From the IMG/VR virus record IMGVR_UViG_3300025163_000003: a stretch of 64,000 bases of DNA. One strand, written 5' to 3'. Both the position numbers and the translations under genes were made by a program. Positions 1 through 8,300 of this stretch are shown piece after piece (the first letter of the stretch is position 1; each line of letters opens with the position of its first letter). A model generated the notes under the pieces. It was not told where the DNA came from, did not search any database, and saw only the letters and a program-made list of their open reading frames with translations. The stretch comes from a virus.

Positions 1-2
1 TG

Positions 3-143
3 AAGGGAGTCACTGTCAGTCTTGAACCAGATGATGAAATAGTCTGGAATGGACAAACTTTCATTGTCAGAAACATAGAGAAATACATAGCTGGTGAAGA
101 TGAAATTTATTTGAGAGTCTACTTGAAGAGGATAGAAGGATGA
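3..143 (+). CDS. 3' end of an upstream virion-module gene (partial, C-terminus only)
   Basis: Open frame from the window edge to TGA at 141-143 (...KGVTVSLEPDDEIVWNGQTFIVRNIEKYIAGEDEIYLRVYLKRIEG*). The stop overlaps the ATG of the next gene (ATGA at 140-143), same strand as the tail module. Confidence 0.4.
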   Translation, partial: KGVTVSLEPDDEIVWNGQTFIVRNIEKYIAGEDEIYLRVYLKRIEG

Positions 144-742
144 AACTGAAACCTTATATCAAAGCTAAAGTGACAAGAGGAAAGGGAATACAACGACAAA
201 TCTATGAAGCATTCTATCAAGCTTTTTCTGAATGGATGGAAGAAGTCTATCCTAAAGTATTGAGTGAAACACCTAGATATTCTGGACCAGAAAGACCTAG
301 AACACCAGCTAATATTGCTTCTTACATTAAATTGATGACAGTACCAGGAATCTTTGGAATCAAATACAGAACAATAGGAGTGCCAGGAGCAGACAGAGTA
401 GGTTCACCTCAGTGGAGAGCATGGGTGGTGATAAATGTACTTCATTCTGGTTGGAGAAAACCTTTCATCAGAAGACCAAAGAGAAAAAGAGTAATGACAT
501 TTCCTCTTCAACGTGGAGCAGTTGTAAGAAATCCTGATGTATTGAGAGGACCACCAGGTTCACCTAGAGGACCTAAGACTTGGGTAGTCACAAGAAAAGC
601 TCAACAGTTACCAAGAGTGAAATTGAATCCTTGGATACGTAGAATTGTTCATGCTTCTTATCCCAAACTATTAGTGAAGTATGAGAAAGCACTTAAAAGT
701 CTGAAAGGTAGAGTTAAAATTAGGAGGATTGAGTTCCATTGA
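140..742 (+). CDS. hypothetical virion/neck-region protein (basic, Pro/Arg-rich)
   Basis: 200-aa ORF co-oriented and translationally coupled with the downstream tail genes. No catalytic motif recognised; assignment by position only. Confidence 0.35.
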   Translation: MKLKPYIKAKVTRGKGIQRQIYEAFYQAFSEWMEEVYPKVLSETPRYSGPERPRTPANIASYIKLMTVPGIFGIKYRTIGVPGADRVGSPQWRAWVVINVLHSGWRKPFIRRPKRKRVMTFPLQRGAVVRNPDVLRGPPGSPRGPKTWVVTRKAQQLPRVKLNPWIRRIVHASYPKLLVKYEKALKSLKGRVKIRRIEFH

Positions 743-1224
743 AAATAGTAACAGTCAATAAGATCTTAGTTGATCTCTTGAGAAACAACTTACCAAATTT
801 GCATGGTGGAAAGCCTTATGTTTATGTGGATTATCCTAGAGTAGATGCTACTTTCCCACGTGTCTCTGTTACTCATGTAGGAGGAAACTTAACTCCTATA
901 GCTGTTGGAGAAGTAGTCACTTCTACTGACGGTCACACTTTTGCTCTACTTTCAACATTAGACTTTGACATTGATGTATGGGTCAAGATGGACAACAGAG
1001 CAACAATAGATGGAACAACTTATGTTGGTACTAAGTTGAGAGATGAATTGGCTGACAGGATAATTCAAATCTTAATAGAGAACAAGAAAACTTTGAAAGA
1101 GGATTATGGCATTCTAGACGTTGAAGTTTTAGGTGTCTATTCTCATCCTTTAGATGAGGATTTAATGTTGCATCGTAAAACAATAACTATTAGAATAACT
1201 TCAGAGAGAGTGAAGAGTGAGTAA
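739..1224 (+). CDS. hypothetical virion protein (head-tail joining / tail-terminator position)
   Basis: 161-aa ORF with a TTG start overlapping the previous stop, immediately upstream of the major tail protein paralogs. Confidence 0.35.
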   Translation: MKIVTVNKILVDLLRNNLPNLHGGKPYVYVDYPRVDATFPRVSVTHVGGNLTPIAVGEVVTSTDGHTFALLSTLDFDIDVWVKMDNRATIDGTTYVGTKLRDELADRIIQILIENKKTLKEDYGILDVEVLGVYSHPLDEDLMLHRKTITIRITSERVKSE

Positions 1225-1606
1225 AATGACAGCATACAAAGGTTGGAATGCAAAGATACTGAAAGATGGTCAAGTGATAGGAACTGCTAGAGAAGTAAGA
1301 GTCACAGTAGACCATTCTCTTGAAAGATATTACATCCCATTCAGTAGGACACCTTATGAAATACGAGAAGGACAGATAAAGATAGACGGAACAATACGAA
1401 AGTTGTGGGTTGACAAGACTTATCTAACTTTGTTGGCAAATACTGGTACTCTAACTAATTTTGATCTTGAATTACAGGTGAACAATTTGCATCTCTATAT
1501 CTACAATTGTAAGTTTTCTAAAGGAGAGATCACTGTTCCTCAAGATGGTTGGATAACAGAAGACCTTGACTTTATTGGTTCTTCTATTGCTGTTGTAGAA
1601 ACTTAA
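1217..1606 (+). CDS. major tail (tube) protein-like, paralog 1
   Basis: Tandem paralog of 1653..2030; shared blocks MxxYKGWNAKIxKDG, TGTLxxFDL, CKFxxGxxxxPQDGWxxEDxDF. Sits directly upstream of the chaperone and tape-measure genes. Confidence 0.5.
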   Translation: MSKMTAYKGWNAKILKDGQVIGTAREVRVTVDHSLERYYIPFSRTPYEIREGQIKIDGTIRKLWVDKTYLTLLANTGTLTNFDLELQVNNLHLYIYNCKFSKGEITVPQDGWITEDLDFIGSSIAVVET

Positions 1607-1652
1607 GGTTTAAATAACAATCAAAGATAAGATAGAAGGTGGTGAGAGAAGA

Positions 1653-2030
1653 ATGGCGACATATAAAGGTTGGAATGCTAAAATCTACAAGGATGGACTG
1701 TTGATAGGACACTGTGATTCAGCATCAGTAGAAATAGCCACTAACCTAGAAGCCTACTATGAAATAGGCTCCAGAGTACCAACTGATCTAGTTGCTGGTA
1801 ATCAAGAAGTCACTGGCTCCCTCTCAAAGGCTTGGGTCAACAAGGACTATCTACAACTAGTTGCTGGTACAGGAACACTCTCTGAATTTGATCTTTGCTT
1901 TGAAGTTGAAAATGGACCAAAAATCTATTGCTACGACTGTAAGTTTGAGAGAGGAGCAGTGGACATTCCACAAGACGGTTGGTTGAAAGAAGACTTTGAC
2001 TTCAGGGCAAAATCAGTAGCAGTCCTCTAG
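1653..2030 (+). CDS. major tail (tube) protein-like, paralog 2
   Basis: Same conserved blocks as 1217..1606; a gene duplication. Confidence 0.5.
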   Translation: MATYKGWNAKIYKDGLLIGHCDSASVEIATNLEAYYEIGSRVPTDLVAGNQEVTGSLSKAWVNKDYLQLVAGTGTLSEFDLCFEVENGPKIYCYDCKFERGAVDIPQDGWLKEDFDFRAKSVAVL

Positions 2031-2090
2031 AAGGATTAGTACCCTAAGTAAAGGGTTTAATCCGAATCTCCAAGAAGGAGGTGTTTCGGT

Positions 2091-2444
2091 ATGAGTGAAG
2101 AAATTAAAGAGTTTGCTGAAGCAGCTGACTTGCTAGCTCCAGATGAAACTAAAGAAGTGACTCTGAAGACTATAAAGAAGAAAGTCAAGATAAGACAACT
2201 GACATTTGGTGAAATAGCTGACATAGCTAAAGTATCACAGAATGATCTAGAACAGTATGTTTGGGTAGTCTACAAAGGACTAGTAGAACCAAAACTGAAA
2301 GTAGATCAAGTCAGAAAGATGGCTCCACTGACTCTAGTTGAACTAGCCTATCATATTCAGAAGTATTCAGGACTAGACCAAGACTCTATCAAGAAACTAG
2401 AAAATTTATTGAAAACAAATATCTCTTTACAGCCTTCCAAGTAA
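2091..2444 (+). CDS. tail assembly chaperone (gpG-like)
   Basis: Acidic 117-aa protein between the major tail protein and tape-measure genes. A slippery AAATTTA lies near its 3' end, with an open -1 frame downstream. Confidence 0.5.
   Translation: MSEEIKEFAEAADLLAPDETKEVTLKTIKKKVKIRQLTFGEIADIAKVSQNDLEQYVWVVYKGLVEPKLKVDQVRKMAPLTLVELAYHIQKYSGLDQDSIKKLENLLKTNISLQPSK
2402..2408 (+). other. candidate -1 programmed ribosomal frameshift heptamer A_AAT_TTA (XXXYYYZ)
   Basis: The 0-frame codons AAT TTA (N105, L106 of the chaperone) are preceded by A. The -1 frame is open from 2342 to the TAA at 2567-2569, so a slip here would give a ~159-aa G-T-like fusion. Confidence 0.4.
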
Positions 2445-2569
2445 TGTACTACATGAAGTGGACTTTAGAAGACTTAAAGAAACTGAGAATGCCTCAATAC
2501 ATTTGGATAGTGAAGTCACTAGAGAAACAGAAACGGATGGAGGCAAGAGCATTAAGAGGTAAAAAGTAA
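2444..2569 (+). CDS. 41-aa ORF in the -1 frame of the chaperone (putative T segment of a G/GT product; also has its own ATG in a TAATG overlap)
   Basis: ATG at 2444-2446 overlaps the chaperone stop. The ORF ends 1 nt before the tape-measure ATG at 2571 and is absent from the >=60-aa track. Confidence 0.4.
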   Translation: MYYMKWTLEDLKKLRMPQYIWIVKSLEKQKRMEARALRGKK

Positions 2570-2570
2570 G

Positions 2571-4946
2571 ATGACATTAAGATCAAATGTAATAGTAGGC
2601 TTTGAAGTTGCAGGAAGACCACTGCAATGGTTAGAGAAGACTCTTGACCGTTTTGGCATGAGAATGCGACTGACAGCCAGAGACCTACTAAGATTAGGTG
2701 GCACTATTTCCTCTTATTTCTCTAGAGTTGAATCAATTTGGTTAAGATTTCTACGTCTAGGAGATGTTTTTGCTGGAGGAATGGAAGAAGTAGAATGGGT
2801 ACTAGGAGATTTAGCTGATGTAGTGGGAGAAGCATTAGAACCTGCTCTTGAATTCTTAGCTGATATACTGGAAAATGTAGTAGACTATGCTGAAGAAAAT
2901 CCATGGTTACAATGGGCTATTATTCTACCACTTATAATTGCTTTAGTAGGTAAGTTAGCAGCTGGAATACTTAGGATGGTAGGTACTATCAAACTAGCTG
3001 CAGGAACATTGATGACATGGCACCGGGAAGCACTAGGCTTTGTTGATGGTATCAGATATGTCACTATAGCTTTGACAGAAGGAAAAGAAGCAGCTGATAA
3101 ATGGTTAGTTACCACAGGAAAACTTCAAAGAATGATAGCTGAAGAGAGAGACAGATTCTTCCAACTTAGAGAGGCATTAGCTGACAAGATACAAGTTACA
3201 CGACAGAACATCAGTTTTATTGACAAAGAAATAGCTTCAAGAAAACGAAATATAGCACAGATAGATCAACAGATAAATGCTCTTACAGGATTATTGGGAA
3301 CAAGTCCAGAAGTGGCTGATAGAATAGAAGAATTAACAGCAAAGAGAGAGAAAGAAAGTACAGCTATAGAGAAGTTACAAGCCAGAAGAGATAGAGAAGT
3401 CAAGAAGCTTTACAAGTATCAAGATCAATTGATTGAAGTTGAAGGAGAAATAGCTTCTATTAACAAGTTAACTAAAGAATATGCTAAACAGTCAAAGAAA
3501 CAAGAGAAAGGAGTCAGAGGAGTATTTACAACCGTAAAGAAAGGACTCAAACCAATGGCTAAGTGGGCTGCTATAGGAACTTCATTAATAGGACTTGCTT
3601 TTGGACTGTTTCTTGCATGGGAACCATTACAAGATCTATTTGAAGTTGTGACTGACATTCTATATGACTTACTTTCTCCATTAGAACCAATAATAGAAAG
3701 TTTTGCAGACTGGTTAGAAGAGAATCCTGATCTAGCTAAGGCACTTATACTCTTGATACTGCTCTTGCCTGCTGTATTTCTAGGAATGAAAGTTCTAGGA
3801 AAAGTGGGAGGAATACTAGGGAAAGTATTTGGTAAGTTAGGTGATATCTTAGGAAAAGTAACATCTCCATTTGGTAAACTGGAACAAGGAACATGGAAGA
3901 CATACTTGGCTGAAGCAGCATTGATAGGAGCAGTAGCTGCACTTATCTTTTCACTGGCTTACTTCTTCACTTCACTTATGAAGACTGGTGTGGGACTGTG
4001 GGAAGCAGTAGGTGCTCTGTCAGCTGTCTTTGCTGCTATCTTAGGATTCTTAGGTGGACTAGTGTTACTAGCTAGAGGACTAAGTACAGTATCTTCACAA
4101 GTGTGGATGGGAATAGCTGCTCTAGCTGCTCTAGTGGGAATAGTTACTCTTCTAACTTGGGCTTTCACTATGTTGCTTCAACCACTGACACAGATAGAAG
4201 GAGGAATAGCTGCATTGTGGAACTTAGTAGGAGCATTACTGGCACTGTTAGCTGGATGCACAATTTTGATAGCTGTTCTAGGTGCTCTAGGTCCTCTAGC
4301 TCTACTAGGAGCAATGGCATTCTTGATGTTAGGTGCAGCTGTCTTAATGGCAGGAACAGGATTCTATCTTGCTGGAATGGGTGCACAATTACTGGCTCAA
4401 GCAATAGGTTTCTTGATTGACAAATTGGTTGAAAGTATAAGTGTACTACCACAAGCTGTAGCACTCTTATTTGGTCTTGGTGCTGGACTTATGGCAGTTG
4501 GTATGGGAGGACTAGTAGCTCTTGCAGGACTAATGGCTGCATTCATGGGATTTACAATGTTCTCTACAGCAATTGCAATGACAGCAGGAGCTTTGTACAT
4601 GTTAGCAGGAGCAATTTCTGCTGTAGCTGCTGCTCTTAGAGCTGTACCTGACTGGGCAAGAGGAATAGTAGGAGGTTTCTTAGGTGGTCTTGCTTCTATA
4701 GGTAGAGCTATTGGAGGAATGTTTGGCATACCAGGAGCACAAAGAGGTGGTATAGTGGAAAGAGCAGGAATTGTCTATGTACATCCTGGAGAATTAATAG
4801 TACCAGCTAGAGTGACACCTGAAGTAGGAGGAGAATATCACAATACTTTCTTCATCACAGCTTACATCAGAGGAGAAGAAGACATTAGAGCATTAGCTGA
4901 AGAAATCAATAAATTGCAAGCAGCAAAGATAGGGAGGACTGTCTAA
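2571..4946 (+). CDS. tail tape-measure protein
   Basis: 791 aa. N-terminal coiled-coil region (e.g. REKESTAIEKLQARRDREVKKLYKYQDQLIEVEGEIASINKL) is followed by many Gly/Ala-rich hydrophobic segments. Canonical position after the chaperone pair. Confidence 0.8.
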   Translation: MTLRSNVIVGFEVAGRPLQWLEKTLDRFGMRMRLTARDLLRLGGTISSYFSRVESIWLRFLRLGDVFAGGMEEVEWVLGDLADVVGEALEPALEFLADILENVVDYAEENPWLQWAIILPLIIALVGKLAAGILRMVGTIKLAAGTLMTWHREALGFVDGIRYVTIALTEGKEAADKWLVTTGKLQRMIAEERDRFFQLREALADKIQVTRQNISFIDKEIASRKRNIAQIDQQINALTGLLGTSPEVADRIEELTAKREKESTAIEKLQARRDREVKKLYKYQDQLIEVEGEIASINKLTKEYAKQSKKQEKGVRGVFTTVKKGLKPMAKWAAIGTSLIGLAFGLFLAWEPLQDLFEVVTDILYDLLSPLEPIIESFADWLEENPDLAKALILLILLLPAVFLGMKVLGKVGGILGKVFGKLGDILGKVTSPFGKLEQGTWKTYLAEAALIGAVAALIFSLAYFFTSLMKTGVGLWEAVGALSAVFAAILGFLGGLVLLARGLSTVSSQVWMGIAALAALVGIVTLLTWAFTMLLQPLTQIEGGIAALWNLVGALLALLAGCTILIAVLGALGPLALLGAMAFLMLGAAVLMAGTGFYLAGMGAQLLAQAIGFLIDKLVESISVLPQAVALLFGLGAGLMAVGMGGLVALAGLMAAFMGFTMFSTAIAMTAGALYMLAGAISAVAAALRAVPDWARGIVGGFLGGLASIGRAIGGMFGIPGAQRGGIVERAGIVYVHPGELIVPARVTPEVGGEYHNTFFITAYIRGEEDIRALAEEINKLQAAKIGRTV

Positions 4947-5392
4947 TGGTAAAGTTAATAGAATACATTTGGGATCCAGACCAACATAAGTATGTTTCCT
5001 CAGGGAACACTTTCACTTTTGATCCTCCTCCTTCATCTATTCAAAAGAATGTCAAGTGTGAATGGCGTGTAAAGCACATTGGAAAGAATGAACTTAAGAA
5101 GTTCAAGTGGAGATACAGAAGAACTTCAGCTATTAAGTTGAGAGGAGTCTTACATTCAGAAAGTGACAGACTTACTCTAGAAACTTTAGGTACAAGAAAT
5201 GCTCTCTTCAAATTAGAGATAGACTTTCAAGAACCAAAGAGTGCAGGAGAAGACATTGGTTCTGCTTATCCTCCAACTGGAAGATATGGATACTTCATCA
5301 TAACAGAGATGGTCTTTCAAGGAGTACCAGGACAGAATGATATTCAATATGAAATAACACTAGAAAGAGTTAGAGAAGATCAGGTGGGCTAA
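4946..5392 (+). CDS. tail-tip/baseplate component (distal tail protein position)
   Basis: 148-aa ORF whose ATG overlaps the tape-measure stop (TAATG), immediately upstream of the fibre gene. Confidence 0.4.
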   Translation: MVKLIEYIWDPDQHKYVSSGNTFTFDPPPSSIQKNVKCEWRVKHIGKNELKKFKWRYRRTSAIKLRGVLHSESDRLTLETLGTRNALFKLEIDFQEPKSAGEDIGSAYPPTGRYGYFIITEMVFQGVPGQNDIQYEITLERVREDQVG

Positions 5393-5393
5393 A

Positions 5394-8300
5394 ATGCAAT
5401 ATCAAGTGATCATCAAAGACAAAAACACTGGTTCAACACTTTACACTATCGATGAAGTGAAAATTGAATATGTTGAGATAGAACTGAATCTGTCTGACTT
5501 GTCTAGATTTCATATCAAGGTATTGAATGATCCTCCAATGGACATTGAAGAAGGAGATCTACTGTACTTCCAAATACAAAACATTGGTACAGGACTAAAA
5601 ACTGTCATAGGAGGAGAAATCTTAAGAGCAAAGAAAGTAATTGATGAAGGAGAGAACTACCTTGAATTAGAAGGTGAAGATTTCTCTGCTCTATTGCAGT
5701 ACAAAACAATAACTTCTGCATGGGAAGACACAGATGCAACAGACATTGTTCTTGATGTTCTTTCTCAGTTTCCTGAAATAACAACTGGAACTTATGAGAG
5801 TGCAGGAACTATCTCTTATTCATGTACAGAAAAGACAGGTTTAGAAGTTCTCCAAGATCTACACAATTACACTGGTTTTGAATTCTATGTTACACCCAAC
5901 AAAGAACTCAAATGGTTTGATCCAAACGAACATACTGGGACGACACTTACTCTGTCTGATCTAGAAAACTATGAATGTTATGAAGAAGCACATAACATCG
6001 TAAACTTTGTTAAAGTTGTAGGAGATTATAGGAGTCCTTATCCGGAAAATGAAGCAGCTACAGAAAGTGACACTTCCAATTGGACTAGTAAAAATGGAAA
6101 GACAATTGAGTTAGTGAATTCTGGTGGATTAACTCCTAAAGTTGGTGACTACTGTCTAAGAGTAGGACCTTATTCTGGTGATGCCTCTGATGAAATTGTG
6201 TATGATTTGGGAGGAACTCTTGATCTTACTAAACCTGGTTGTTACAAGAAGATCGAAGCTTTCTATGGATTTGACTTTGAAGGAAAACAGAATCTCACTA
6301 CTACAATGAAAATAAGATTGTACACAGATGACAGCAACTACTTTGAAACACCTTTTGGTGGACATTGGGGTATTAACATCACTAAGTATTGGGAGAAGAA
6401 AACAGCTAAAGTAGGTCCTAGAAGAGGAGTCTGGTATGTCTATGGAAGTCCAGACTGGTCACAAATAACAAAAGTTGGTTTCTATTTTGAACTAAGTGGT
6501 TATTCAGATACTTGGTATTTCTATTTGGATGGTTTCCAATTTACAGGAGGACAGTATAATGCAACTGCATCAGATCAGACTTCACAGAATACATGGGGTC
6601 TAAGAAAAGCCAAGACTGTCAAAGACAACTCTCTAACTTCTGATGAAATGTGTCAAGAAGTAGCAAATGCTATTATTGCTAACTTCAAAGATCCAGTACC
6701 TGTGTTGGATAACCTAGAACTGTCAGAAGGAAATGAAACATTAGAACTAGGAAAACTGATTGATGTCCAAATACCAGAAGGAACATTCACTGACAAGAAA
6801 ATAGTAAAGATCGTTCACAAGATAGATGATGGTGACTTTATTACAACTCTTTCTCTTGAGAATCCACCTAAGACAATTAATGAATTGGTTGACAGTCTGA
6901 AACATAGAATTGAACATGAAGAGACTGAACCAATAATAGAAGAAGAACCTAGTCCTTCAGGAACAGAATATCATCCACCTCCTGACATGAGTGAAGCTGT
7001 AGATACAAGTCCTGATCCACCAAGTTTCACTTGTGCTAATATTTCAGTTGTAAGAGCAGAATCAGAGATAGAGACTAAAGTAGCAATACAAGTATCTATC
7101 CCAAGAGTAGAAGAAGCAGGAGGCTATCTAGTAGATTACAGAAGAACAGATGAACCTGAGTGGAGAAGCATTATAGTTGAACAACCTTCAGCTGGTCCAG
7201 CTACTGTTCTTATTTCTGATGTAGAACTAGGGAAAGACTATGAAGTACATGTTGCATCACTTTCAAAGTTAGGTACAGCATCTAATTTTGTACCAGATCC
7301 ACCATGTGTAGTAACAATAGAAGCAGACACTGTTCCTCCTCCTGCTCCAAGTACTATTAATGCATATGAACTGTTCAATGGAATTCTCTTAGAATGGCCT
7401 GAAGTAACTGCTGCTGACTTGAAATGTTACAATGTCTTGCATAACACTATTAATGACTTGAGTTCTGCTTCAACTATTGCAAAGATAGATGCTACAACTT
7501 ACTTGTGGAAAGTACAAGATCCTAGCACTGATTATGCTGAACAATATTTCTGGGTATCAGCTGAAGACATCTATGGAAATGAGAGTGACAAGACTGGACC
7601 AGCAAAAGGAACACCTGCAAGAGCTAAACCTATTGATCTAACTATAGAAACAAGACCATGGACTTCTGACATAGGAATAATTGAAGACCATAGAACTTTT
7701 GGTAAATTCTACTATGGAAGTTCTCCAATATACTATGATGTCTCTCCTGACACAATCACAGTTGGTTCAAACACTTACAATCAGTTTGTAAATTATGAAC
7801 CTGATTCTTCTGCCAATGTCGTTCATACTAGATCTAGCAGCACTTCTTATTACACTACTTATTGGGGTGTACGAGTATTCAAAGTAGACTCCTCAGGCAA
7901 TGAGTCAGAAATAACTGATGGGAACCCTGTTGCAATTGTATCAAGAACTTCTGATGGAGAAGGTGTTCAAACTACTACATGGTCATTTCCTGGTTGTACT
8001 CTTGATCCAACTGACAGAATTTGCATAAAATACTATTCTAGAATAGGCACATCTGACTGGGTAGAAAAACTTAACGTTGTGACTCCTGAATTAGGAGTTT
8101 CAAGTCTTCCCGCTCAGTTATGGAGATTCAAATACTACACGAAAAGATTAACTCTGTACTTTGATCAATACTACACTAACAATTATCTTTTCTTTGGAAA
8201 AGACAAGAACACTAGTTTTCTTGGTTTAGCTGATGGTTTCATTAAGTTTGCAGATGGTTCTAGTAAGTCAATTCTAAGAGACACTGATGGCACTAAATTG

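Noticed and set aside
2722-4729. Eight antisense ORFs (2722..2904, 2885..3115, 3425..3658, 3745..3942, 3959..4168, 4168..4464, 4397..4729 on the minus strand, and 4103..4420 on the + strand in another frame) inside the tape-measure gene
   Set aside because: They are embedded entirely within a long, well-supported tape-measure ORF. Their low-complexity translations are typical of reverse-strand artefacts of Ala/Gly/Leu-rich coding sequence.
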